Positions 9,801-25,000 of a DNA stretch of 64,000 nucleotides are shown piece after piece (the stretch's first letter is position 1; each line of letters opens with the position of its first letter). The DNA comes from Auanema rhodensis (Eukaryota > Animalia > Nematoda). Location: the NCBI GenBank assembly GCA_964057225.1, contig OZ059900.1, forward strand, positions 7,564,001 to 7,628,000, given 5' to 3'. The translations under genes were made by a program, and so were the position numbers. The notes under the pieces are model-generated. The model saw only the letters and a program-made list of their open reading frames with translations. It was not told the DNA's origin and did no database searches.

Positions 9801-12116
9801 TTGATCTTAAGCATATTTTTTTCTTCTAAAACGACTAAATGTATGAAATACTGTCATAGATTGTTCATATAGGTGTATTTTGCACGAATATCAAAACTGA
9901 TTGAAATATGGGCCTTTTTATGCTCCAAACGCCATATATTCAACGATTTTGGGTACAAAACATGTGAAAACTGTATGTTTTGATCAGACCCTTTGAGATA
10001 TGGATTTGAAATTCAGGATTCATAAACTTTGACTATTATTACATATATATGTCCAATTTTAACCACTTTGGTCAAAAAGGACCGAAAATATCAAGAATTA
10101 TTGGTTTTTTGGGGTTTGAAGGGCATTTTGGCTAAATCAGTCAAACTTTTGATCTTAAGCATATTTTTTTCTTCTAAAACGACTAAATGTATGAAATACT
10201 GTCATAGAATGTTCATATAGGTGTATTTTGCACGAATATCAAAACTGATTGAAATATGGGCCTTTTTATGCTCAAAACGCCATATATTCAACGATTTTGG
10301 GTACAAAACATGTGAAAACTGTATGTTTTGATCAGACCCTTTGAGATATGGATTTGAAATTCAGGATTCATAAACTTCGACTATTTCTACATATATATGT
10401 TCAATTTTAACCACTTTGGTCAAAAAGGACCGAAAATATCAAGAATTATTGGTTTTTTGGGGTTTGAAGGGCATTTTGGCAAAATCAGTCAAACTTTTGA
10501 TCTTAAGCATATTTTTTTCTTCTAAAACGACTAAATGTATGAAATACTGTCATAGAATGTTCATATAGGTGTATTTTGCACGAATATCAAAACTGATTGA
10601 AATATGGGCCTTTTTATGCTCAAAACGCCATATATTCAACGATTTTGGGTACAAAACATGTGAAAACTGTATGTTTTGATCAGACCCTTTGAGATATGGA
10701 TTTGAAATTCAGGATTCATAAACTTCGACTATTTCTACATATATATGTTCAATTTTAACCACTTTGGTCAAAAAGGACCGAAAATATCAAGAATTATTGG
10801 TTTTTTGGGGTTTGAAGGGCATTTTGGCAAAATCAGTCAAACTTTTGATCTTAAGCATATTTTTTTCTTCTAAAACGACTAAATGTATGAAATACTGTCA
10901 AAGAATGTTCATATAGGTGTATTTTGCACGAATATCAAAACTGATTGAAATATGGGCCTTTTTATGCTCAAAACGCCATATATTCAACGATTTTGGGTAC
11001 AAAACATGTGAAAACTGTATGTTTTGATCAGACCCTTTGAGATATGGATTTGAAATTCAGGATTCATAAACTTTGACTATTTTCACATATATATGTCCAA
11101 TTTTAACCACTTTGGTCAAAAAGGACCGAAAATATCAAGAATTATTGGTTTTTTGGGGTTTGAAGGGCATTTTGGCAAAATCAGTCAAACTTTTGATCTT
11201 AAGCATATTTTTTTCTTCTAAAACGACTAAATGTATGAAATACTGTCATAGAATGTTGATATAGGTGTATTTTGCACGAATATCAAAACTGATTGAAATA
11301 TGGGCCTTTTTATGCTCAAAACGCCATATATTCAACGATTTTGGGTACAAAACATGTGAAAACTGTATGTTTTGATCAGACCGTTTGAGATATGGATTTG
11401 GAATTCAGGATTCATAAACTTTGACTATTTTTACATATATATGTTCAATTTTAACCACTTTGGTCAAAAAGGACCGAAAATATCAAGAATTATTGGTTTT
11501 TTGGGGTTTGAAGGGCATTTTGGCAAAATCAGTCAAACTTTTGATCTTAAGCATATTTTTTTCTTCTAAAACGACTAAATGTATGAAATACTGTCATAGA
11601 TTGTTCATATAGGTGTATTTTGCACGAATATCAAAACTGATTGAAATATGGGCCTTTTTATGCTCCAAACGCCATATATTCAACGATTTTGGGTACAAAA
11701 CATGTGAAAACTGTATGTTTTGATCAGACCCTTTGAGATATGGATTTGAAATTCAGGATTCATAAACTTTGACTATTATTACATATATATGTCCAATTTC
11801 AACCACTTTGGTCAAAAAGGACCGAAAATATCAAGAATTATTGGTTTTTTGGGGTTTGAAGGGCATTTTGGCTAAATCAGTCAAACTTTTGATCTTAAGC
11901 ATATTTTTTTCTTCTAAAACGACTAAATGTATGAAATACTGTCATAGAATGTTCATATAGGTGTATTTTGCACGAATATCAAAACTGATTGAAATATGGG
12001 CCTTTTTATGCTCAAAACGCCATATATTCAACGATTTTGGGTACAAAACATGTGAAAACTGTATGTTTTGATCAGACCCTTTGAGATATGGATTTGAAAT
12101 TCAGGATTCATAAACT
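6897..12116. repeat. Irregular 3-5-mer higher-order repeat block
   Basis: An ordered series of monomer types recurs: GTTGATA, then GGAATTC + AGATTG + CTCCAAA, then TATTATTAC + GCTAAA, then CTTCGAC. The marker monomer falls at 7245, 8637, 9681 and 11421 (periods of 4, 3 and 5 monomers). Confidence 0.75.
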
Positions 12117-15100
12117 TTGACTATTTCTACATATATATGTTCAATTTTAACCACTTTGGTCAAAAAGGACCGAAAATATCAAGAATTATTGGTTTTTTGG
12201 GGTTTGAAGGGCATTTTGGCAAAATCAGTCAAACTTTTGATCTTAAGCATATTTTTTTCTTCTAAAACGACTAAATGTATGAAATACTGTCATAGAATGT
12301 TCATATAGGTGTATTTTGCACGAATATCAAAACTGATTGAAATATGGGCCTTTTTATGCTCAAAACGCCATATATTCAACGATTTTGGGTACAAAACATG
12401 TGAAAACTGTATGTTTTGATCAGACCCTTTGAGATATGGATTTGAAATTCAGGATTCATAAACTTTGACTATTTTTACATATATATGTCCAATTTTAACC
12501 ACTTTGGTCAAAAAGGACCGAAAATATCAAGAATTATTGGTTTTTTGGGGTTTGAAGGGCATTTTGGCTAAATCAGTCAAACTTTTGATCTTAAGCATAT
12601 TTTTTTCTTCTAAAACGACTAAATGTATGAAATACTGTCAAAGAATGTTCATATAGGTGTATTTTGCACGAATATCAAAACTGATTGAAATATGGGCCTT
12701 TTTATGCTCAAAACGCCATATATTCAACGATTTTGGGTACAAAACATGTGAAAACTGTATGTTTTGATCAGACCCTTTGAGATATGGATTTAAAATTCAG
12801 GATTCATAAAATTCGACTATTTTTACATATATATGTCCAATTTTAACCACTTTGGTCAAAAAGGACCGAAAATATCAAGAATTATTGGTTTTTTGGGGTT
12901 TGAAGGGCATTTTGGCAAAATCAGTCAAACTTTTGATCTTAAGCATATTTTTTTCTTCTAAAACGACTAAATGTATGAAATACTGTCATAGAATGTTCAT
13001 ATAGGTGTATTTTGCACGAATATCAAAACTGATTGAAATATGGGCCTTTTTATGCTCAAAACGCCATATATTCAACGATTTTGGGTACAAAACATGTGAA
13101 AACTGTATGTTTTGATCAGACCCTTTGAGATATGGATTTGAAATTCAGGATTCATAAACTTTGACTATTTTCACATATATATGTCCAATTTTAACCACTT
13201 TGGTCAAAAAGGACCGAAAATATCAAGAATTATTGGTTTTTTGGGGTTTGAAGGGCATTTTGGCAAAATCAGTCAAACTTTTGATCTTAAGCATATTTTT
13301 TTCTTCTAAAACGACTAAATGTATGAAATACTGTCATAGAATGTTCATATAGGTGTATTTTGCACGAATATCAAAACTGATTGAAATATGGGCCTTTTTA
13401 TGCTCAAAACGCCATATATTCAACGATTTTGGGTACAAAACATGTGAAAACTGTATGTTTTGATCAGACCCTTTGAGATATGGATTTGAAATTCAGGATT
13501 CATAAACTTCGACTATTTCTACAAATATATGTCCAATTTTAACCACTTTGGTCAAAAAGGACCGAAAATATCAAGAATTATTGGTTTTTTGGGGTTTGAA
13601 GGGCATTTTGGCAAAATCAGTCAAACTTTTGATCTTAAGCATATTTTTTTCTTCTAAAACGACTAAATGTATGAAATACTGTCAAAGAATGTTCATATAG
13701 GTGTATTTTGCACGAATATCAAAACTGATTGAAATATGGGCCTTTTTATGCTCAAAACGCCATATATTCAACGATTTTGGGTACAAAACATGTGAAAACT
13801 GTATGTTTTGATCAGACCCTTTGAGATATGGATTTAAAATTCAGGATTCATAAAATTCGACTATTTTTACATATATATGTCCAATTTTAACCACTTTGGT
13901 CAAAAAGGACCGAAAATATCAAGAATTATTGGTTTTTTGGGGTTTGAAGGGCATTTTGGCAAAATCAGTCAAACTTTTGATCTTAAGCATATTTTTTTCT
14001 TCTAAAACGACTAAATGTATGAAATACTGTCATAAAATGTTCATATAGGTGTATTTTGCACGAATATCAAAACTGATTGAAATATGGGCCTTTTTATGCT
14101 CAAAACGCCATATATTCAACGATTTTGGGTACAAAACATGTGAAAACTGTATGTTTTGATCAGACCCTTTGAGATATGGATTTGAAATTCAGGATTCATA
14201 AACTTCGACTATTTCTACATATATATGTCCAATTTTAACCACTTTGGTCAAAAAGGACCGAAAATATCAAGAATTATTGGTTTTTTGGGGTTTGAAGGGC
14301 ATTTTGGCAAAATCAGTCAAACTTTTGATCTTAAGCATATATTTTTCTTCTAAAACGACTAAATGTATGAAATACTGTCAAAGAATGTTCATATAGGTGT
14401 ATTTTGCACGAATATCAAAACTGATTGAAATATGGGCCTTTTTATGCTCAAAACGCCATATATTCAACGATTTTGGGTACAAAACATGTGAAAACTGTAT
14501 GTTTTGATCAGACCCTTTGAGATATGGATTTGAAATTCAGGATTCATAAACTTTGACTATTTCTACATATATATGTTCAATTTTAACCACTTTGGTCAAA
14601 AAGGACCGAAAATATCAAGAATTATTGGTTTTTTGGGGTTTGAAGGGCATTTTGGCAAAATCAGTCAAACTTTTGATCTTAAGCATATTTTTTTCTTCTA
14701 AAACGACTAAATGTATGAAATACTGTCATAGAATGTTCATATAGGTGTATTTTGCACGAATATCAAAACTGATTGAAATATGGGCCTTTTTATGCTCAAA
14801 ACGCCATATATTCAACGATTTTGGGTACAAAACATGTGAAAACTGTATGTTTTGATCAGACCCTTTGAGATATGGATTTGAAATTCAGGATTCATAAACT
14901 TTGACTATTTTTACATATATATGTCCAATTTTAACCACTTTGGTCAAAAAGGACCGAAAATATCAAGAATTATTGGTTTTTTGGGGTTTGAAGGGCATTT
15001 TGGCTAAATCAGTCAAACTTTTGATCTTAAGCATATTTTTTTCTTCTAAAACGACTAAATGTATGAAATACTGTCAAAGAATGTTCATATAGGTGTATTT

Positions 15101-18100
15101 TGCACGAATATCAAAACTGATTGAAATATGGGCCTTTTTATGCTCAAAACGCCATATATTCAACGATTTTGGGTACAAAACATGTGAAAACTGTATGTTT
15201 TGATCAGACCCTTTGAGATATGGATTTAAAATTCAGGATTCATAAAATTCGACTATTTTTACATATATATGTCCAATTTTAACCACTTTGGTCAAAAAGG
15301 ACCGAAAATATCAAGAATTATTGGTTTTTTGGGGTTTGAAGGGCATTTTGGCAAAATCAGTCAAACTTTTGATCTTAAGCATATTTTTTTCTTCTAAAAC
15401 GACTAAATGTATGAAATACTGTCATAGAATGTTCATATAGGTGTATTTTGCACGAATATCAAAACTGATTGAAATATGGGCCTTTTTATGCTCAAAACGC
15501 CATATATTCAACGATTTTGGGTACAAAACATGTGAAAACTGTATGTTTTGATCAGACCCTTTGAGATATGGATTTGAAATTCAGGATTCATAAACTTTGA
15601 CTATTTTCACATATATATGTCCAATTTTAACCACTTTGGTCAAAAAGGACCGAAAATATCAAGAATTATTGGTTTTTTGGGGTTTGAAGGGCATTTTGGC
15701 AAAATCAGTCAAACTTTTGATCTTAAGCATATTTTTTTCTTCTAAAACGACTAAATGTATGAAATACTGTCATAGAATGTTCATATAGGTGTATTTTGCA
15801 CGAATATCAAAACTGATTGAAATATGGGCCTTTTTATGCTCAAAACGCCATATATTCAACGATTTTGGGTACAAAACATGTGAAAACTGTATGTTTTGAT
15901 CAGACCCTTTGAGATATGGATTTGAAATTCAGGATTCATAAACTTTGACTATTTTCACATATATATGTCCAATTTTAACCACTTTGGTCAAAAAGGACCG
16001 AAAATATCAAGAATTATTGGTTTTTTGGGGTTTGAAGGGCATTTTGGCAAAATCAGTCAAACTTTTGATCTTAAGCATATTTTTTTCTTCTAAAACGACT
16101 AAATGTATGAAATACTGTCATAGAATGTTCATATAGGTGTATTTTGCACGAATATCAAAACTGATTGAAATATGGGCCTTTTTATGCTCAAAACGCCATA
16201 TATTCAACGATTTTGGGTACAAAACATGTGAAAACTGTATGTTTTGATCAGACCCTTTGAGATATGGATTTGAAATTCAGGATTCATAAACTTCGACTAT
16301 TTCTACAAATATATGTCCAATTTTAACCACTTTGGTCAAAAAGGACCGAAAATATCAAGAATTATTGGTTTTTTGGGGTTTGAAGGGCATTTTGGCAAAA
16401 TCAGTCAAACTTTTGATCTTAAGCATATTTTTTTCTTCTAAAACGACTAAATGTATGAAATACTGTCAAAGAATGTTCATATAGGTGTATTTTGCACGAA
16501 TATCAAAACTGATTGAAATATGGGCCTTTTTATGCTCAAAACGCCATATATTCAACGATTTTGGGTACAAAACATGTGAAAACTGTATGTTTTGATCAGA
16601 CCCTTTGAGATATGGATTTGAAATTCAGGATTCATAAACTTTGACTATTTCTACATATATATGTTCAATTTTAACCACTTTGGTCAAAAAGGACCGAAAA
16701 TATCAAGAATTATTGGTTTTTTGGGGTTTGAAGGGCATTTTGGCAAAATCAGTCAAACTTTTGATCTTAAGCATATTTTTTTCTTCTAAAACGACTAAAT
16801 GTATGAAATACTGTCATAGAATGTTCATATAGGTGTATTTTGCACGAATATCAAAACTGATTGAAATATGGGCCTTTTTATGCTCAAAACGCCATATATT
16901 CAACGATTTTGGGTACAAAACATGTGAAAACTGTATGTTTTGATCAGACCCTTTGAGATATGGATTTGAAATTCAGGATTCATAAACTTTGACTATTTTT
17001 ACATATATATGTCCAATTTTAACCACTTTGGTCAAAAAGGACCGAAAATATCAAGAATTATTGGTTTTTTGGGGTTTGAAGGGCATTTTGGCTAAATCAG
17101 TCAAACTTTTGATCTTAAGCATATTTTTTTCTTCTAAAACGACTAAATGTATGAAATACTGTCAAAGAATGTTCATATAGGTGTATTTTGCACGAATATC
17201 AAAACTGATTGAAATATGGGCCTTTTTATGCTCAAAACGCCATATATTCAACGATTTTGGGTACAAAACATGTGAAAACTGTATGTTTTGATCAGACCCT
17301 TTGAGATATGGATTTAAAATTCAGGATTCATAAAATTCGACTATTTTTACATATATATGTCCAATTTTAACCACTTTGGTCAAAAAGGACCGAAAATATC
17401 AAGAATTATTGGTTTTTTGGGGTTTGAAGGGCATTTTGGCAAAATCAGTCAAACTTTTGATCTTAAGCATATTTTTTTCTTCTAAAACGACTAAATGTAT
17501 GAAATACTGTCATAGAATGTTCATATAGGTGTATTTTGCACGAATATCAAAACTGATTGAAATATGGGCCTTTTTATGCTCAAAACGCCATATATTCAAC
17601 GATTTTGGGTACAAAACATGTGAAAACTGTATGTTTTGATCAGACCCTTTGAGATATGGATTTGAAATTCAGGATTCATAAACTTTGACTATTTTCACAT
17701 ATATATGTCCAATTTTAACCACTTTGGTCAAAAAGGACCGAAAATATCAAGAATTATTGGTTTTTTGGGGTTTGAAGGGCATTTTGGCAAAATCAGTCAA
17801 ACTTTTGATCTTAAGCATATTTTTTTCTTCTAAAACGACTAAATGTATGAAATACTGTCATAGAATGTTCATATAGGTGTATTTTGCACGAATATCAAAA
17901 CTGATTGAAATATGGGCCTTTTTATGCTCAAAACGCCATATATTCAACGATTTTGGGTACAAAACATGTGAAAACTGTATGTTTTGATCAGACCCTTTGA
18001 GATATGGATTTGAAATTCAGGATTCATAAACTTCGACTATTTCTACAAATATATGTCCAATTTTAACCACTTTGGTCAAAAAGGACCGAAAATATCAAGA

Positions 18101-19076
18101 ATTATTGGTTTTTTGGGGTTTGAAGGGCATTTTGGCAAAATCAGTCAAACTTTTGATCTTAAGCATATTTTTTTCTTCTAAAACGACTAAATGTATGAAA
18201 TACTGTCAAAGAATGTTCATATAGGTGTATTTTGCACGAATATCAAAACTGATTGAAATATGGGCCTTTTTATGCTCAAAACGCCATATATTCAACGATT
18301 TTGGGTACAAAACATGTGAAAACTGTATGTTTTGATCAGACCCTTTGAGATATGGATTTAAAATTCAGGATTCATAAAATTCGACTATTTTTACATATAT
18401 ATGTCCAATTTTAACCACTTTGGTCAAAAAGGACCGAAAATATCAAGAATTATTGGTTTTTTAGGGTTTGAAGGGCATTTTGGCAAAATCAGTCAAACTT
18501 TTGATCTTAAGCATATTTTTTTCTTCTAAAACGACTAAATGTATGAAATACTGTCATAAAATGTTCATATAGGTGTATTTTGCACGAATATCAAAACTGA
18601 TTGAAATATGGGCCTTTTTATGCTCAAAACGCCATATATTCAACGATTTTGGGTACAAAACATGTGAAAACTGTATGTTTTGATCAGACCCTTTGAGATA
18701 TGGATTTGAAATTCAGGATTCATAAACTTCGACTATTTCTACATATATATGTCCAATTTTAACCACTTTGGTCAAAAAGGACCGAAAATATCAAGAATTA
18801 TTGGTTTTTTGGGGTTTGAAGGGCATTTTGGCAAAATCAGTCAAACTTTTGATCTTAAGCATATATTTTTCTTCTAAAACGACTAAATGTATGAAATACT
18901 GTCATAGAATGTTCATATAGGTGTATTTTGCACGAATATCAAAACTGATTGAAATATGGGCCTTTTTATGCTCAAAACGCCATATATTCAACGATTTTGG
19001 GTACAAAACATGTGAAAACTGTATGTTTTGATCAGACCCTTTGAGATATGGATTTGAAATTCAGGATTCATAAACT
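12117..19076. repeat. Three tandem copies of a ~7-mer higher-order repeat (7, 6 and 7 monomers)
   Basis: Units start at 12117, 14553 and 16641. The rare variant CTACAAAT is in monomers 13509, 16293 and 18033; GTCATAAAAT is in 13857 and 18381; GCATATATTTTT is in 14205 and 18729. Confidence 0.85.
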
Positions 19077-22000
19077 TTGACTATTTTTACATATATATGT
19101 CCAATTTTAACCACTTTGGTCAAAAAGGACCGAAAATATCAAGAATTATTGGTTTTTTGGGGTTTGAAGGGCATTTTGGCTAAATCAGTCAAACTTTTGA
19201 TCTTAAGCATATTTTTTTCTTCTAAAACGACTAAATGTATGAAATACTGTCAAAGATTGTTCATATAGGTGTATTTTGCACGAATATCAAAACTGATTGA
19301 AATATGGGCCTTTTTATGCTCAAAACGCCATATATTCAACGATTTTGGGTACAAAACATGTGAAAACTGTATGTTTTGATCAGACCCTTTGAGATATGGA
19401 TTTAAAATTCAGGATTCATAAAATTCGACTATTTTTACATATATATGTCCAATTTTAACCACTTTGGTCAAAAAGGACCGAAAATATCAAGAATTATTGG
19501 TTTTTTGGGGTTTGAAGGGCATTTTGGCAAAATCAGTCAAACTTTTGATCTTAAGCATATTTTTTTCTTCTAAAACGACTAAATGTATGAAATACTGTCA
19601 TAGAATGTTCATATAGGTGTATTTTGCACGAATATCAAAACTGATTGAAATATGGGCCTTTTTATGCTCAAAACGCCATATATTCAACGATTTTGCGTAC
19701 AAAACATGTGAAAACTGTATGTTTTGATCAGACCCTTTGAGATATGGATTTGAAATTCAGGATTCATAAACTTCGACTATTTCTACATATATATGTCCAA
19801 TTTTAACCACTTTGGTCAAAAAGGACCGAAAATATCAAGAATTATTAGTTTTTTGGGGTTTGAAGGGCATTTTGGCAAAATCAGTCAAACTTTTGATCTT
19901 AAGCATATTTTTTTCTTCTAAAACGACTAAATGTATGAAATACTGTCAAAGAATGTTCATATAGGTGTGTTTTGCACAAATATCAAAACTGATTGAAATA
20001 TGGGCCTTTTTATGCTCAAAACGCCATATATTCAACGATTTTGGGTACAAAACATGTGAAAACTGTATGTTTTGATCAGACCCTTTGAGATATGGATTTG
20101 AAATTCAGGATTCATAAACTTTGACTATTTTTACATATATACGTTCAATTGTAACCACTTTGGTTAAAAAGGACCGAAAATATCAAGAATTATTGGTTTT
20201 TTGGGGTTTGAAGGGCATTTTGGCAAAATCAGTCAAACTTTTGATCTTAAGCATATTTTTTTCTTCTAAAACGACTAAATGTATGAAATACTGTCATAGA
20301 ATGTTGATATAGGTGTATTTTGCACGAATATCAAAACTGATTGAAATATGGGCCTTTTTATGCTCAAAACGCCATATATTCAACGATTTTGGGTACAAAA
20401 CATGTGAAAACTGTATGTTTTAATCAGACCCTTTGAGATATGGATTTGAAATTCAGGATTCATAAACTTTGACTATTTTTACATATATATGTTCAATTTT
20501 AACCACTTTGGTCAAAAAGGACCGAAAATATCAAGAATTATTGGTTTTTTGGGGTTTGAAGGGCATTTTGGCAAAATCAGTCAAACTTTTGATCTTAAGC
20601 ATATTTTTTTCTTCTAAAACGACTAAATGTATGAAATACTGTCATAGATTGTTCATATAGGTGTATTTTGCACGAATATCAAAACTGATTGAAATATGGG
20701 CCTTTTTATGCTCCAAACGCCATATATTCAACGATTTTGGGTACAAAACATGTGAAAACTGTATGTTTTGATCAGACCCTTTGAGATATGGATTTGAAAT
20801 TCAGGATTCATAAACTTTGACTATTATTACATATATATGTCCAATTTTAACCACTTTGGTCAAAAAGGACCGAAAATATCAAGAATTATTGGTTTTTTGG
20901 GGTTTGAAGGGCATTTTGGCTAAATCAGTCAAACTTTTGATCTTAAGCATATTTTTTTCTTCTAAAACGACTAAATGTATGAAATACTGTCATAGAATGT
21001 TCATATAGGTGTATTTTGCACGAATATCAAAACTGATTGAAATATGGGCCTTTTTATGCTCAAAACGCCATATATTCAACGATTTTGGGTACAAAACATG
21101 TGAAAACTGTATGTTTTGATCAGACCCTTTGAGATATGGATTTGAAATTCAGGATTCATAAACTTCGACTATTTCTACATATATATGTTCAATTTTAACC
21201 ACTTTGGTCAAAAAGGACCGAAAATATCAAGAATTATTGGTTTTTTGGGGTTTGAAGGGCATTTTGGCAAAATCAGTCAAACTTTTGATCTTAAGCATAT
21301 TTTTTTCTTCTAAAACGACTAAATGTATGAAATACTGTCATAGAATGTTCATATAGGTGTATTTTGCACGAATATCAAAACTGATTGAAATATGGGCCTT
21401 TTTATGCTCAAAACGCCATATATTCAACGATTTTGGGTACAAAACATGTGAAAACTGTATGTTTTGATCAGACCCTTTGAGATATGGATTTGAAATTCAG
21501 GATTCATAAACTTTGACTAATTTTACATATATATGTCCAATTTTAACCACTTTGGTCAAAAAGGACCGAAAATATCAAGAATTATTGGTTTTTTGGGGTT
21601 TGAAGGGCATTTTGGCAAAATCAGTCAAACTTTTGATCTTAAGCATATTTTTTTCTTCTAAAACGACTAAATGTATGAAATACTGTCATAGAATGTTCAT
21701 ATAGGTGTATTTTGCACGAATATCAAAACTGATTGAAATATGGGCCTTTTTATGCTCAAAACGCCATATATTCAACGATTTTGCGTACAAAACATGTGAA
21801 AACTGTATGTTTTGATCAGACCCTTTGAGATATGGATTTGAAATTCAGGATTCATAAACTTCGACTATTTCTACATATATATGTCCAATTTTAACCACTT
21901 TGGTCAAAAAGGACCGAAAATATCAAGAATTATTAGTTTTTTGGGGTTTGAAGGGCATTTTGGCAAAATCAGTCAAACTTTTGATCTTAAGCATATTTTT

Positions 22001-25000
22001 TTCTTCTAAAACGACTAAATGTATGAAATACTGTCAAAGAATGTTCATATAGGTGTGTTTTGCACGAATATCAAAACTGATTGAAATATGGGCCTTTTTA
22101 TGCTCAAAACGCCATATATTCAACGATTTTGGGTACAAAACATGTGAAAACTGTATGTTTTGATCAGACCCTTTGAGATATGGATTTGAAATTCAGGATT
22201 CATAAACTTTGACTATTTTTACATATATATGTTCAATTGTAACCACTTTGGTCAAAAAGGACCGAAAATATCAAGAATTATTGGTTTTTTGGGGTTTGAA
22301 GGGCATTTTGGCAAAATCAGTCAAACTTTTGATCTTAAGCATATTTTTTTCTTCTAAAACGACTAAATGTATGAAATACTGTCATAGAATGTTGATATAG
22401 GTGTATTTTGCACGAATATCAAAACTGATTGAAATATGGGCCTTTTTATGCTCAAAACGCCATATATTCAACGATTTTGGGTACAAAACATGTGAAAACT
22501 GTATGTTTTGATCAGACCCTTTGAGATATGGATTTGAAATTCAGGATTCATAAACTTTGACTATTTTTACATATATATGTTCAATTTTAACCACTTTGGT
22601 CAAAAAGGACCGAAAATATCAAGAATTATTGGTTTTTTGGGGTTTGAAGGGCATTTTGGCAAAATCAGTCAAACTTTTGATCTTAAGCATATTTTTTTCT
22701 TCTAAAACGACTAAATGTATGAAATATTGTCATAGATTGTTCATATAGGTGTATTTTGCACGAATATCAAAACTGATTGAAATATGGGCCTTTTTATGCT
22801 CCAAACGCCATATATTCAACGATTTTGGGTACAAAACATGTGAAAACTGTATGTTTTGATCAGACCCTTTGAGATATGGATTTGAAATTCAGGATTCATA
22901 AACTTTGACTATTATTACATATATATGTCCAATTTTAACCACTTTGGTCAAAAAGGACCGAAAATATCAAGAATTATTGGTTTTTTGGGGTTTGAAGGGC
23001 ATTTTGGCTAAATCAGTCAAACTTTTGATCTTAAGCATATTTTTTTCTTCTAAAACGACTAAATGTATGAAATACTGTCATAGAATGTTCATATAGGTGT
23101 ATTTTGCACGAATATCAAAACTGATTGAAATATGGGCCTTTTTATGCTCAAAACGCCATATATTCAACGATTTTGGGTACAAAACATGTGAAAACTGTAT
23201 GTTTTGATCAGACCCTTTGAGATATGGATTTGAAATTCAGGATTCATAAACTTTGACTATTTCTACATATATATGTCCAATTTTAACCACTTTGGTCAAA
23301 AAGGACCGAAAATATCAAGAATTATTGGTTTTTCGGGGTTTGAAGGGCATTTTGGCAAAATCAGTCAAACTTTTGATCTTAAGCATATTTTTTTCTTCTA
23401 AAACGACTAAATGTATGAAATACTGTCAAAGAATGTTCATATAGGTGTATTTTGCACGAATATCAAAACTGATTGAAATATGGGCCTTTTTATGCTCAAA
23501 ACGCCATATATTCAACGATTTTGGGTACAAAACATGTGAAAACTGTATGTTTTGATCAGACCCTTTGAGAAATGGATTTGAAATTCAGGATTCATAAACT
23601 TTGACTATTTCTACCTATATATGTCCAATTTTAACCACTTTGGTCAAAAAGGACCGAAAATATCAAGAATTATTGGTTTTTTGGGGTTTGAAGGGCATTT
23701 TGGCAAAATCAGTCAAACTTTTGATCTTAAGCATATTTTTTTCTTCTAAAACGACTAAATGTATGAAATACTGTCAAAGAATGTTCATATAGGTGTGTTT
23801 TGCACAAATATCAAAACTGATTGAAATATGGGCCTTTTTATGCTCAAAACGCCATATATTCAACGATTTTGGGTACAAAACATGTGAAAACTGTATGTTT
23901 TGATCAGACCCTTTGAGATATGGATTTGAAATTCAGGATTCATAAACTTTGACTATTTTTACATATATACGTTCAATTGTAACCACTTTGGTCAAAAAGG
24001 ACCGAAAATATCAAGAATTATTGGTTTTTTGGGGTTTGAAGGGCATTTTGGCTAAATCAATCAAACTTTTGATCTTAAGCATATTTTTTTCTTCTAAAAC
24101 GACTAAATGTATGAAATACTGTCATAGAATGTTCATATAGGTGTATTTTGCACGAATATCAAAACTGATTGAAATATGGGCCTTTTTATGCTCAAAACGC
24201 CATATATTCAACGATTTTGGGTACAAAACATGTGAAAACTGTATGTTTTGATCAGACCCTTTGAGATATGGATTTGAAATTCAGGATTCATAAACTTTGA
24301 CTATTTTTACATATATATGTCCAATTTTAACCACTTTGGTCAAAAAGGACCGAAAATATCAAGAATTATTGGTTTTTTGGGGATTGAAGGGCATTTTGGC
24401 AAAATCAGTCAAACTTTTGATCTTAAGCATATTTTTTTCTTCTAAAACGACTAAATGTATGAAATACTGTCAAAGAATGTTCATATAGGTGTATTTTGCA
24501 CGAATATCAAAACTGATTGAAATATGGGCCTTTTTATGCTCAAAACGCCATATATTCAACGATTTTGGGTACAAAACATGTGAAAACTGTATGTTTTGAT
24601 CAGACCCTTTGAGATATGGATTTGAAATTCAGGATTCATAAACTTTGACTAATTTTACATATATATGTCCAATTTTAACCACTTTGGTCAAAAAGGACCG
24701 AAAATATCAAGAATTATTGGTTTTTTGGGGTTTGAAGGGCATTTTGGCAAAATCAGTCAAACTTTTGATCTTAAGCATATTTTTTTCTTCTAAAACGACT
24801 AAATGTATGAAATACTGTCATAGAATGTTCATATAAGTGTATTTTGCACGAATATCAAAACTGATTGAAATATGGGCCTTTTTATGCTCAAAACGCCATA
24901 TATTCAACGATTTTGGGTACAAAACATGTGAAAACTGTATGTTTTGATCAGACCCTTTGAGATATGGATTTGAAATTCAGGATTCATAAACTTAAACTAT

